Below are positions 22,579-36,697 of a DNA stretch of 64,000 bases, one piece after another. Position numbers and translations under genes: made by a program. The stretch comes from Lingula anatina. Its lineage: Eukaryota; Animalia; Brachiopoda. Location: the NCBI GenBank assembly GCA_051362555.1, contig CM120649.1, positions 4,340,001 to 4,404,000 on the forward strand. The letters run 5' to 3'. Positions within the stretch are counted from its first letter, which is position 1. Each line of letters opens with the position of its first letter. The notes beneath the pieces are model-generated. The model searched no databases, was not told the DNA's origin, and was given only the letters and a program-made list of their open reading frames with translations.

Positions 22579-25006
22579 ATGTACCTTCTGAGTTTGTTGA
22601 GTTTACTTACTGTGAAGACCGTCTTGGTCGGGATCGCGATATTCCTGTTGGTGATGTCATATCTACAGAGGACGAAGTACAAACTGCCGCCAGGACCTCC
22701 TCATCTGCCGATACTGGGACACTACTTTGGTGAGATATCTTTGGTAACCAGACCAATACATAATTAGATGGAGAATAAAGTTGATGACCGTCTTTTTTTT
22801 GTGATTAGAACAGACTTAAAAATGCCAACCAAAGATGAACAAAGCAAAAACCGATGTGTACGAATAAAATTTGTAAAAACTTTTTTGAGAGAGTTTCTTC
22901 AGTGTCCGTCATAAAATAACTTGTATAAATAAGGCCACACTTTTTTTTATTTTTATGGATGACATCCTCTGGGGACCCCAAAATCGGTGCGAGCGGGCGA
23001 AAAAAAAAAAAAAAAAACAGTCCAAAAAAAAAAAAAAAAAAAACTGCTGAAGAAAAGTTATGTTTTCAGTACACAGCTGGAAACACTAATTTACCACAGA
23101 AACACGTATCAAACTAACAACATGTCTTTATCCATGCTCTCAAAATATTAAAGCATTGTGAATAGGGCCTACTTCGTAGAAAGGTAAAAAGTCATGAATA
23201 TATATATGCTGCATATTACCAAATCTATTTAAGGTTATTTCATGCATTCTGTTGGTATAGTAATCAATAAAACAAATATCAAATAAGCAGCGTGTCTTTA
23301 TTTGTACTCTCAGAAAATTAAAGCATTGTAAACACTTCACAGAATTGTTAAAAAAAATGAAGCAAAGATAGGCCTATGCTTCCTACTACCAAATCTAAAA
23401 AAGGTAATTTCGGTCGATGCCATTTTGTCTACTTCGACTCACACGTAGCAGCCAACTATCGGGTGGCCTGTCCGACTTTCAGTCCACCAAATACCACGAC
23501 GTTCTTGTCGACCCTCTTTTCGCTACAAAAAAAAAGAAAAAAAAAAAAAAAAACTGGTAGGCCTATGTGCTGCTTTGGACAGAATGTCACTGAAATTTTC
23601 CGGGCGATGATCGCTGGCCGCGGCCAGCCTTTCGTATAATTGTAAAAAGGTGATATCTCCATGTCCAATATCAATGGCAAACTAATCCAAAACGACGGCC
23701 CCCGTTCTCTTTATGACTTTAATTGTCGTGTATTTTAAAATTAATGCTAGAGATGAATTTGACGGCAAAGCGGCCATATTTCCACGTGGTGATAATACGC
23801 ATGCGCAGAAAGCTTATTTTCCGCACTCGGAACTACTCGGATGTCTCCGCAGTCGACAATGACAGTATGGAGCTTGCGGAATTAGCCGAGGATTGCCGAT
23901 TGCATTTTTCGGCAAATTCAATAACGACGTTTGCGACAACCGACTTCCTTGGGGGAGGGGGGGGGGGGATTTTTTTTTTTTTTTTTTTGAGAACGGACGA
24001 AAATCGGTGCGCGCGCAGAATGTCATCCATAAAAATAAAAAAGTGTGGCCTAACGTGTATTCAACAGGCCTGAGAGTATCCACCCTGCATTCATGGGTAT
24101 ATAGGCCTAATGGCCGAAAGGTCCCGGAAAAGATTTTGATAATTTTGTAGTTGTGATAATCATTTATTTTCATTCTTTAGTCCTGTAAAGCGTTTTTGAT
24201 TGCATATTTCTTGAGAATTGAAGCTCTTCACCTTTTTTCAACATTTTGACATACTTGGTAAGTACTTTGATCATACAGTTAATAGACTTTGAAAATGTTT
24301 TGACAAAGTTCAAGTAAAAACCGGGCCATCAAGTGTCCGACAGATTCGGAGATACTTTCTTTGCGTTTGTAGAATATGTGAATACCATTTCAGCTTTCAG
24401 AAACGATGGTCGACTGTATGCCGTCTTCAATAAGCTCGGGAAGGCCTTTGATGACATTTTCACGATTAATTTAGGTACTCATTTGTTTCTGCAATTGTAT
24501 CTGAACAATGGTTCTTGACTTAAATAGAATACTTTTTTTAAAACGCTTCAACATTTATTTTGATGCAGATATTGAAATGGTATGCATATTTAGTTTTGCT
24601 GTATTTGGATAGCTTGCAATGTATATCACCTTGTAGGGATTTTAGATTATTTCAGAAGGCTAGAAATTAAAATTCATATCAATAATATATCAGTACATTT
24701 TCAGGTTTTGGACGATCGTACGTTGTTCTTAAATCTGCGGAGATTGTTCACGAGGCCATGGTTGAGAAGAAAGAGATATTTGCGGGGAGAGATGATGAGG
24801 GCTGGAAATGTGAATAAGATTTTAAAAGAATTAAAAAGAATACGCAGTTTCATCAGAACATGTTATGTTCCAAAATGAAATTCAAACGCATTATACTTAT
24901 TTGATGATGTAATGCAATGAAATGCCATTGGTCGTACAATATAGCCTACATTTAGAGTCAAGTCGAAGAAAAATCACTTAAAACAATATTTAGTTCGATG
25001 GATTAA

Positions 25007-25062
<56 letters not shown>

Positions 25063-28000
25063 GGATAGTGTGTTAGTTGGTAAGTTTCAGACCAGATAAG
25101 TGTTTGTTCATTTGGTGTGACCGAAAATTATTTACCTATATTTACTAGTTGTTCACTTTTTTCAGATGAACTTGTCACCGAAGGATATAGAGATATAGCA
25201 TTTGCCGACTATGGTCCAGTGTGGAGACTACAGAGACAGATGGCTTTAAAGGCTTTCAGGTATATTAATCAAAATAGTGGTCACACGAATTGTTTGATAG
25301 AAAAATTACCGTATATACAGATGGTACTTAAGTATATTTCGTGGACATACAGATAAAAGCCGTGATGGAGCTTGGGTTGTAGTGTTAAGTTACAAAACAG
25401 AACTTCAGTTTTAGCGACATATGGTAGTTCATCGTTTTCGTCATTTACATGCAGGACCTACTTAGCAAGTGATAAATTGGAATCATTCACGAGATCCGCT
25501 TTTGAGGAAGTCGCCACCTTGATTGAAAAAGAGACCGAGCCTTTTGACATCGATGTCCACATTCGACTTCTTATCTTCAACATTGTCTGCAGGATGGCGT
25601 TTGGGAAAAGGTACAGTAATGTCTAAATAACATGCTTTACACACATTCGTTTTCAAAATTTATCTTAGGGAACACATAATAATCTGTGGAAAATCAACAT
25701 GTACATTTCTTAAAAAATGAAAAGACTCCTTGCGTGAACTCTAATCACTTTACTTGCTTTATTTGCAGTGTAGATTGTGTATATGTACTGGGAATTGCCA
25801 TGTAAAAAAAAATACTTCAATACTTTTTGTCGCAATATAGTTGCTTTAGTAAATATATATAATTTGTTAATTGTATCTTGTAATCCACTGATTAGATTTT
25901 GTATCGAAACACTTGATCAATAATGGCATTTGAGAAAGAATTGAACATAATTATTGATTGGAATCTTTATAGGAGTGATTGCAAGAAGATCTGTAACTTT
26001 CTAAATTTTGTCGGAAACTATAAGACCTTCTACTTTAATTCTTTCCAGCTACAAAATTGACGGGCCTGAATTTGTTTGGCTGAAGAGCAAAGTTGACGAA
26101 AGCAATGAAAAGGTCTTTGGAGGCCTCATTCCCGCTGACGTCATCCCTGTCTTGAAACATTTTCCTATCCCATCATCCCTCACTACGAAACGGATCATGA
26201 AAGAACTGATTGACTTCCACAAGGCCAAACTGGAGGAGCACAAGGCAACATTAAACAGGGGTTAGCAAAATATTTAGAAATTACAATTTACATACGTTAA
26301 TTGAGGAGATGATTGAATGTTGTTGTATGGAAACATTCTTATTAAAGCAGAAAGTGATCATATTAATTAGGACAGCAGTTATACTATCTTGGTGCATATT
26401 TACTGTATAACCCAGACTACTTTAACATAAGCTTTATATATTTATATTTATAAACCACGTCTAACTAGCAGTTGTTATCACTTGATGGCACGTTTAAATT
26501 TAAAGATGACGTAAGAGACATTATGGACCACCTTTTGCTGCTAAAAGAGGAGCTGACAGCTGCAAGTGATGACAACGTCAAGGAGTCGCTTTCTGATCTC
26601 CGCATCCTTCACACTATAATGGATATTTTCTTTGGTATGTTAAATTCCCAAAATAGCACATTCTTTAGGAAAAATTATCATCAGCTATTTCCTGCACTCA
26701 TATTCATAATGCTTAGTTTTTTTCAACAGCGTTGGTAATAACTGGTAATAACTGTGATTATAGCTATTGTTGAAAGGGCATATCATTATAAATAAGAGCA
26801 CAGTTTGAACAATCTAAAGAAATATTTTATACTTTAGCGATTATCACACATAACATTACCCACGTCGACTATGACCGCGATTGCTGAATTACTTTGTTAC
26901 CCAAAGGATGTTGCGATTAAGAAGCCTTTCTAAGATACAGCTTTGGTGAATACATACCTCAAACTTTAGTATCTGTCTTTATTGTAGTCATAAAGAAAAA
27001 AAGACGTCTAATTATGGTTAACAAGGTTATTGTTTCCAGAGGCGAAATATGTTTTTCTACCTTAGTTTTTACCTTGAATATACAAAAGTCAATGAAAAAT
27101 CCATTTTGATAAATTTTCAGTGATTAACTCATTTTATTTAACCATTGTTTCTTTTTTTTTATATAATACACTTCTGATAGGTAATAATAAATGGGATAGA
27201 AATTGAACCCACTTCTAATTTTTGTTCAGTTATAATGTGACACCCAAAATAAATATGCAATTATGCATTCTAGCGGGAACAATAACCACATCCGACACGC
27301 TGAAGTGGATTGCTATGTATGTAGCAGATAATCCAAAGGTCCAGGCAAAGATACACAAAGAACTAGACGGCTTAGGTAAATATTCATCTCTCGCTATTCC
27401 ATCCTAATATATAGAGAGAAGTGTTTTGTCCGAAAAGGCACGCATTTCGCAGTTTTAGAAAACGGTGTACTTGAATTCTGCATAAAATAGTAGGCCTATA
27501 AACTGGTATGTAAGGGCTAGCTTATCCGCACTCAGTTATTGTGTGTATGTCTATTATTCAACTGTTGTGTTTTGTTAAAAAAACAATTTTATGATTGTTA
27601 TGCCACACTAAACCTGCAGGAAACGATGTTGGAGAACTCCGTCACTGCAGAAACAAGATGAATTACTGCGAGGCTGTTCAGAGAGAGGTATTGCGCATGC
27701 GCCCAGCGGCTCCAGCAGGTTTACGTCATCAGACAATCCGTGACACCAAGCTAGGTTGGACATGAACTTTATTTGCTTGCATATGAAAGTAAAATCAATA
27801 TGCATGCTTTCACAAAGCCAAATACTACAAACTGCGGATTCCACTCAGTTATTTTTGACATATATCATATCTTTTAACTGAATTAAAATCTGAGCCCTTT
27901 TTCTACTGTCTCTAGTATACGAATATTTAATCAGTTTGGTTAAAATGTTCGCCAATGAACCATAGATATGTCGTTTTACCATCTAGGTGGCTACGATATC

Positions 28001-28985
28001 CCAAAAGGCACTCTTGTCTATGCGAACATATGGGCAATCCACCATGACCCGAAAAACTGGGAATCGCCAGAGGTTTTCAAGCCAGAGAGGTTTTTAAATA
28101 AAGACGGCAGTTTGAAAGAGGTGGATCATAAAATATGGCTACCGTTTGCCAGCGGCAAGAGGAAATGTGTGGGAGAAGCAATTGCTAAGGCAAATCTTAT
28201 GACAATCATGGTAAGAGGGGCTTTATACAGTTGTACGCATGTCCTTCTGTTGAATACATATTGGCACTTTTCACATAGTGCTAGATTGAAACATGGATTA
28301 TATAACAATTACTTTATCAATATTGGACACTTTGGGGTCATCCATTTTTGATCCTCATTTTCACAAGTCTACAAAGGGTAGAGTTTTTCCAGACCCTCCC
28401 CCCCTTCATAGCATACAAAGTGAAAAGCTAAAATATGATGACTTCTGACAGCAATTTGCATCATCATTTTTATTAATATTTGAAAAGCGTAAAGCGGACA
28501 TTTATCACTTCCCCCAGTGTATAGTTTGTATAGACATGAGAAAAGTTGATAAATATGGACGACCTCTTATACAATTATCATGGTAATTGATGACATGGAG
28601 GTTTTTTTATTATGTCATTACGTACATATATGTATGGAAGTTAAAAGAGGCTTACTTGTTAGTAGTAATATAGTCACAATTAATGTGAATGGCTTTAGCA
28701 ATACTTATACTAACACAGGAGTATTACACATTGGATAATCTCGAATCTAAAACTTGACGGTGATATAAATTTTTACAATGACAGTACGCCTCGAATTGTA
28801 ATTGTAATATTATGTTTCTGTTCATGATTGTTAGGTATATTTATCAATTTCTTTTACAGGCGTTGTTTTTCCGCCGGTTCAAGGTGAGCTTCCCGCCAGG
28901 TGTCCAGCCGGACTTCGAGCCAGTGATGTATGAGATAGCCTGCAGCCCGAAACCACAAAAGCTGATTGTGCAGAAAAGAAAATGA
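22579..28985 (+). CDS. Cytochrome P450, clan 2 (CYP17-like), array copy 1; 11 exons, 504 aa
   Basis: Exons 22579-22729, 24394-24474, 24705-24809, 25166-25259, 25455-25610, 26049-26260, 26506-26634, 27274-27375, 27620-27754, 27987-28210, 28860-28985; total 1515 nt, in phase. Membrane anchor plus PPGP, FAGR, DIAFADYGPVWRLQR, I-helix AGTITT, EVLR, PERF, haem FASGKRKCVG. Confidence 0.92.
22933..24050. mobile_element. Non-autonomous DNA transposon (PIF/Harbinger-like) in P450 copy 1 intron 1
   Basis: About 32-bp TIRs ggccacactttttt..atttttatggatgacat / atgtcatccataaaaataaaaaagtgtggcc; TAA on both sides; the corresponding intron of copy 2 is too short to contain it. Confidence 0.82.
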
Positions 28986-29579
28986 AGTTCAATATAAATA
29001 TAGTTTTAAAACAATCTGGTGCAAAGATTACAGGCAATGATTGAACCTATAGGGTGCTTTTTAGAAACATTCTGTTGATTATGATGCCACCCTCTGAGCG
29101 GTATTACACAAAGCATTGTTTACTTTTACAATCGATTCGGACAATTGAATGAAACCCCAATGCTGTTGCTCTGCACATGCAATTTAGAACATTTGATATT
29201 TGTATGTTTGAAATTTATCTTAAACCTGATGTCTACGTAACACTGCAGCACAGTGGACGATTAATGTACTACGAAAATTACAGGCTTTAAAACATTGATG
29301 ATAACAGATGGCAGTGTAACAGTGCCCAAACCACTAAGTCATCTCAGAGCAAAACTTGCTTACATTGTTAAGAAAAGAATGCCAGCCTGCATAAGATTCG
29401 AAATAAAAGACAAAAATAACGGATTGAGGTATGATGAACCAAGTATATGTGAGCTCTCACAACCCAAAATAAATCCACGCAGAATGCTTTGCTGACTCAC
29501 TATTCTATGGATCTATACAAATGAAAGTTGCTTTACTGCAGATCTCTAAATTATGAGCTCTTCTAAACTTTTCTCCATT

Positions 29580-30090
29580 ATCAATGACCCTTGACTAATT
29601 GTCATCCATTCATGACTTATGAAGTTAATTGTCTTATCCCCTTTCTCCATAATGATATATAAAACATTGATATATATTTTACCATATTGATGTAGTAAGC
29701 ACTTTCTCTCCCCTACCCCCACTTTCAAATAGGGCATATTTTGACTACTAGTACTACGATCACATTCAAGTACATAATTTTCTGAAATAAGACACTTGAA
29801 GATCCAATTTTTCTTCATAAGTATAAGACTAAAGCAGGTCACAAATCATTCAAATGCCAAAACATTTATTCAAACAATGTTAAAAAAAATATTTTGATTC
29901 TAATTTACGAAAAAGTCATAAAAATGTGACCTCTGACCCATTGTCATTGGCCCTTGACTAATTGTCATGCATCTATGACTTCTGAAATGAAATGTCCCAT
30001 TCCTTGTCTCTATAATGATATATAATACATTGACATATCTTTTACCCTATACTGATATAGTATAAGCAATATCTTTTCCCTAACCCCATC
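29580..30090. repeat. Diverged direct repeat of about 145 bp (29580-29725 and 29943-30090)
   Basis: Shared cccttgactaattgtcat...cataatgatatataa.acattga core. Confidence 0.7.
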
Positions 30091-31528
30091 TGAAAATATA
30101 ATGTGTGATAGCACATAAAAAGCTACCAGATTGAGAATGCTTTCACATATATTTGGACTCTAGAAACATAGATCTAGGCCTTACTAAAACTCACTGTAAA
30201 AATGCCTCTCTTTTTTAATCCCAACAAAGTGTACGGCGTGTCGTATAACCAATATTTATACCACATCAATGAAAGTGAAATGCAAATGCAAACGGTTTTT
30301 ATTTTTATTTGTATTAAAATACAAATGCTTACTAAAAGTAATATTTCATATTCAAAACACCTACATAAATACCTCAGAATATTACAAGAAATATTTTTCC
30401 GTAGTTTCTTTCAGACAGATGCTTAAAAAATCAAAACGTTTGACAATAAAGAAACTAAGCATGTATGTAATTACATTTCTATGAGGCATGGCAAAATGTA
30501 GGTAAAACACGATTTTTAATGACTTAATTAAAAGTATCTTTATAAACAATTTACTAAATTACCAGAATTTAAGTTTGTTATTGACCTGCAGCTTTATATA
30601 TATTTGGTACATAAGATAATGGACGTGCGACGTACCCACTTACACACAAATATACCCTGTATGTTTTTATACTAAACAACAAACACTTTATGACCAGAGT
30701 CCGTCGCACACGGTGAGTTGTTAGCTGATCTCCCACTTTGCAAGTTCTGATTTTTTACTGTTAAAATAAATAAATAAATAAATAAATAAATAAAAATAAA
30801 ATATACATAGATAAAATAAAGAAAATCATGATATTACCTGTATAAACTCGTTAAAGGTAATTAAAAACAAAACATGTACCTGTATTGATTGCTAGGAGCT
30901 GAGCTTGTAATTGATTGTGTAAGTCGGACCAAGCCAGTGCGTGTAATCTCTGCCAAAAAGAAGGTCGCGGATCTGTCATAGGAACATGTGAACGTGACGT
31001 TATACAACTTATCTAAATAACCTGAGGGCAAGACCCCAGGCTGGAGCTCAGCCCCAGATAATACTGGAGCGCAGTTAACGAGCGAACTGGAAACAGGTGG
31101 CTTGGGGACGTGCACTTGAATGCAACGTTGGCATTGCGGGGTAAATATTGAGTGTAGTTTGTATAAAAAAATGGACAGTTAAGAAATAACGTTCGTGCCT
31201 TTCAAGGATATATATTTCAATTTCATTTTTATATGAGTTCGATTTCAAGAAAAGGGTGTTAAAAGATGAGAAATACAAAGTCATAAATAATAACTGCCTG
31301 TTTGCATTGCTTTTGTAACATGAAGTTAAAAATGATTACAAACTCATTGCAACGCCATAAAAACAGATGGTATTTGTTAACAGTTAATATTTTAAACCAA
31401 TTTTTCTTAAACCATCTTGCTAAGTAATGAATTATCTACCAATACAATAAGTGCATGAAGTAGCCTCGCATTGCTTTATGTATTGAAGTACCACAGTATT
31501 TAAGTGGCATACAAATATTTCAGGAAAG

Positions 31529-34500
31529 ATGTACGTATTGACTTTGTTGAGTTTAGTTACTGTGAAGACCGTCTTGGTCGGGAGCGCGGTATTCCTGTTG
31601 GTGATGTCATATCTACAGAGGAAGAAGTACAAACTGCCGCCAGGACCTCCACAGCTGCCGATACTGGGGCACTACTTCGGTGAGATATCTTTGAAAACCA
31701 GAGCAAATAAACAAGCAATGGCATAGAGCTCAATGCCATTATTTTGATCACATTAGGTTAAAAATACCAGTCAGATGGGTCCTTACGTTGGTCTTGTGAA
31801 TTATGTATTTAGGGAATGAGAGTTTATCAAAATGACCCTTATGTTCATTCAGCAATAGTACGAAGGGGAGCGGGGTGCAAGCGGGGCACACGGCGGGCAC
31901 TCACCCTACCCTCAGCTTCACTGTGTCATTTGTGTCTATATAGTTGAATAGTTGAATATTATTCCAGAATTCAGAAACGAACCTCGAAGGTACGCTGTCT
32001 TCAACAAGCTCGGGGAGTCCTTTGATGACATTTTTACTGTTAATTTAGGTACTTTTCTTTGCATCTGTCTTTTTATATCTAAACAATACTTTTGGGTTCA
32101 AGCAAACCGTACTTGAACAAAACTTTTTGACATTTACATTTGATTCAGATATTGAAATGGTATGGTTATTGAGTTTTCATGTTCTGATTAAATTGTGATA
32201 TAGTCGTATAACACTTTGTGTGTTTTGATTTTTTCAGAAGCCTAAAATTTATATCAACTATGCATCATTCAGTTTTAACAGTTTTAATATTAATTATGTT
32301 CGTTTACAGGGTTTGGACGCTTGTTCGTTGTTCTAAAATCTGCGGAGAGTGTTCATGAGGCCATGGTTGAGAAGAAAGAGATATTTGCGGGGAGAGATGA
32401 CGAGAGCTGGAAGTGTGATTATTACTTTTTAAGTTTTATTTACATTTTTTCCTGTAATCAAAACAGCGTATCATGTAGTATATCATTTAGTTTTGTTCAA
32501 TATTTACATTGTACCCACATTTTAATGATCACATGCTGATGCAAATGTTACGAAATTAATAAAAAATAAAATTATAGATTATAAACTATTAGAAAATTCT
32601 AGAACATGTAAGCACTGATCTACCCTAAATGCTTTTAACATCTCCTAATATTCCAATATAAAGGATTATTCTGGTACATATTTAATTATGGAGGAACTAA
32701 TACAATGGAAAGAGCTTTCAATTCAAAATCTAAAATCGAACAGCATGGAATATAAAAGTGAATGGTGTGTTATATCATTTGACCTATTTTCTCTCAGTTG
32801 AGCTTGCCACTGAAGGATTCAGAGATATAGCATTTGCCGACTATGGTCCAGTGTGGAGACTACAGAGACAGATGGCTTTGAAGGCTTTCAGGTATACGTT
32901 AAGCTAATTAGCGGCCACGTGTATTGTGAAGCTGGATATAACTACAGAAACACATCTCTAACTACTAGTATTCAACAAGTAGAATTCAGATATAATGTTC
33001 TGTGAGTATGGTCCCGTGTGATATCTTTAAAGGCTTTCAGGACGTCAATCAAATTGCTGGTTACCCTTTTTGTTTCATTGATAATATTGAATATAAATCC
33101 GTTATAAGGAGTCTACACTTTGTGTGTTTAATGAATATTCATCTTAATGCCTACATACACAGCATACACTTTATTAATTTGCACATCTACCTATTTTCAT
33201 TTGTAAATTAAAACCCTATTTAAGTCACAGAAGATCGCTCATTATTTTTCGTCGTTTAGGACCTACTTAGCAAGTGATAAATTGGAAGCATTCACGAGAT
33301 CTGCTTTTGATGAAGTTGCCAGCTTGATTGAAAAGGAGACCGAGCCCTTTGACATGGATGTCCACATTCGGTTACTTATGTTCAGTATCATGAGCAGAAT
33401 GGCGTTTGGGAAAGGGTAGGTTATTGTCTGGATCACATGCTTTCCTAATACATAAAAGATAGTTTACCTCGATTTATAGTTTTAACTGTTTCTCCTATGA
33501 AAACCATCATCCCATTGCCTGATGAGCATCCACGTTCATTTAAATATTTGTGTACCAGTACATTTTAACATGAATAACTTTTATGTAGAATAAACAAAAT
33601 GAATTCCCTTACGAAAAAGTCCTATAAGATCCTATAGGATCCTATAGGAAATTGAGCCAATTTCCTGTAGGATCCTATAGAATCTTATAGGATCCTACAG
33701 GACTTTTTCGTTAGGGTTAACACATGGCACCAGATAACGTTTTTGTAAACTAAAGCATGATATATATTGCAGCTTCAAACTCAACGATCCAGATTTCGTC
33801 TTCGTGAAGGACAAATTGGCGGAAATCAACAGAAAACTATTCTCAGGCCCCATTGCCTCTGACGTCATCCCCTTCTTGAAACATTTGCCTATCCCATCAT
33901 CTCTCTTGGCGAAACGACTGATGAAGGAACTGATCGACTTCCACAAAGTCCAACTGGAACTCCACGAAACTTCTTTAAATAAGGGTTCGTATCCTTCTCA
34001 GTAATTATAAAAAATGCATAATATTTTGTAGTGTGGATTGATTGTTTTTGTATTGAACATTTTTTATGGTATCAGGAAAGAGATTATCCCCGGTGAATCG
34101 TTTTACTATCTTGATACATACTTATGTAATGTTAAAGCTATACCTTATAGAGTTTTGTACTCAACACCTTTTTATTGAGAATATATATTCGATCAGCAGT
34201 TGTAATTAAATTATGGCATCCTTTCATTATGAAGGTAACATGAGGGACATCACAGACCACCTTTTGCTGTTGAAGGAAGAATTAACAGATGAAAGTGATG
34301 ATAATGTTAGGGAGTCGCTTTCTGACACTAGAATCCTCCAAACCATGATGGATATATTTCTTGGTATGCTGAATATAAAATGTAACGAAGAATTAGTTAT
34401 AATATAACAGAACCAGGATGTTTTACAGCTCTACCTGCTTTATCTGTGGTTAATTCACCATTGTCGCGTAATTTTATGATCTATTTTGTTGTATCCAAAT

Positions 34501-36290
34501 GGGGTAGAAAGTTGTTGGTCGCTTTCACGGTGAACCTGAGACACGAACATCAATTTCAGTGACTTCCAGCTAATTTTGCTTTCTTTATTTTGTGCTATAT
34601 ATAAACGTGTCATGTTAGTCGGTTATGGAATAGAAATAGTCTGTTGGATTTATATAACTCATATGTAATGTTTTTTCATGTAATGTGATGCTGAGTGTAA
34701 AACCCATATTATGAGTAGGGCCTATTAAGATGTCTTTTAGAAGCTGAAATGTATATGTTGTACATGTAGCTGGAACCCAGACCACATCCGACACGCTGAA
34801 GTGGATAATAATGTATGTGGCAGATAATCCGGAAGTTCAGGCAAAGATACACAAGGAGTTGGACGGCTTGGGTAAACATTACTATGCATGTGGTTATTGA
34901 AGTCTATATTTATAGGTTTTTGACCGCTGAGACGTCATATCTATTCCACCTTGATCTATGACATTTCTCGGATCAAAGTCAAAGTTACATATATTATTTT
35001 ATTGTAACGCATTGCGTTGTTGTCACAGTTTTGGTAAATCGTGTGCCTGAACTATATATATATTGTGTGAATGTCCTTTTAAAGATTATCACATATTGTA
35101 AAACATTCTAAATGTCCGTTTTCCCACTCCTGACACATAGGAAACGACTTTGACGAACTCCGTCACTGCAAAAATAAGATGAATTACTGTGAAGCTGTTC
35201 AGAGAGAGGTACTGCGAATGCGTCCTGCAGCCCCAGTGGGTATACGTCATAGAACGCTCCGTGACACCAAATTAGGTTAGGTATCAACTTCATTTGCTCG
35301 CATATAAAATACAGTTACTGATTTTACATCTGATCCATCGTGATAATATATATCGAATATTCGTCATACAGCCTAGAAAGCAAGTGATACAGGGTGATAT
35401 GAAGTTTAAAGGACAAAGAACGTTTCAAATATCACTGCAGGTTTTGTTATTTCTCTTTACTTTGGGTATCATTTTTTAAATCTTTTTTTATTGCACAGCG
35501 ATTCGTGCACTTTCTTCTCTGCCCATGCTTTTACACATCTGAATAATAATATGAAGACTTATTTTAGCCATTGCGGTTTGAATACTTGGCAATGCATCAT
35601 TGATATGTCGGTTTACATGTACACTGTTTATATCAATCCACATGTAGGTGGCTACGATATCCCAAAAGGCACTATTATTTATGCGAACATATGGGCAATC
35701 CACCATGACCCGAAAAACTGGGAATCGCCGGAAGTTTTCAAGCCAGAGAGGTTTTTAAACAAAGATGGTAGCTTGAAAGAACTGGACAAAAAGACGTGGC
35801 TGCCGTTTAGCAGTGGCAAGAGGAAATGCGTGGGAGAAGCACTTGCCAGGGCAAATATCACCATGACCATGGTAGGTGGAGCTAGAAAAATTATGTTCTA
35901 TACAATACCTATTGGGCACGTTTACAACGCATTACCGGTATATGTATTTCGTGGAATAAGTGTTTTCTTTATATACATGAAATAGCACAAAAACTACATT
36001 ATTTTAATTTAAAGTGGCTTTCGGACTTTTGAAATGAATCTTCCCATAAGGGTTTTTTTCCTTTTTTTTCTGCAATATTTCTTCATATTACATCTTATTT
36101 TCATCTATAAATATTGTATGTTTTAAAATTATTCAAGTATCAATATTCAATAATATTTTTCCAGGCATTGTTTTTCCGTCGGTTTAAGGTGAGCTTTCCG
36201 CCAGGTGCCCAACCGGACTTCGAGCCTATGATGCTTGAAATAAATGGCAGCCCCAAGCCTCAGAAGATAGTTGTTCAGAATAGAATATGA
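31529..36290 (+). CDS. Cytochrome P450, clan 2 (CYP17-like), array copy 2; 11 exons, 504 aa
   Basis: Exons 31529-31679, 31968-32048, 32310-32414, 32798-32891, 33260-33415, 33773-33984, 34235-34363, 34770-34871, 35141-35275, 35648-35871, 36165-36290; same sizes as copy 1. I-helix AGTQTT, haem FSSGKRKCVG. Confidence 0.92.
33606..33716. mobile_element. 111-bp fold-back MITE with piggyBac-like ends
   Basis: TIR cccttacgaaaaagtcct / aggactttttcgttaggg, internal ggatcctata units, TTAA on the right; the left flank is aatt, so it is imperfect. Confidence 0.65.
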
Positions 36291-36697
36291 CGTTCCACAG
36301 AATAATATTTTACAATACTTATTATAAAACAAGCCTTCTTAAATGACTGTATTCTATATTTGAATCAATAAGTTAGCATGTAGAGGGTCAAGTGTTAATC
36401 ATTTATGGGGGCCTTTTCTCGAAATACATTTTTTAATCAAAAGACAGCAGGTTAAGCTTATTCTTGAAATGAAAAAAGTGAAATCACAATGCAAATAGAA
36501 AAATATTCCCTTTTGTAAAATAACCCAATGGGCTACATACACGTTATCCACCGGTTGCTGCATTCACTTATTGTTTGATGTGATGTTTTATAAAACTTCA
36601 AAGTCTATAATAAATCGGCCAATTTTTCTTGAACTCAATCATATTGGTCCGCCTTATTTATAATATCCCCATAAGCCAGCATGAAAGGTTTAATTTA

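Noticed and set aside
33606-33716. ggatcctata repeats as a CRISPR-like or iteron array
   Set aside because: No unique spacers; the unit is one palindrome with TIRs, i.e. a MITE.
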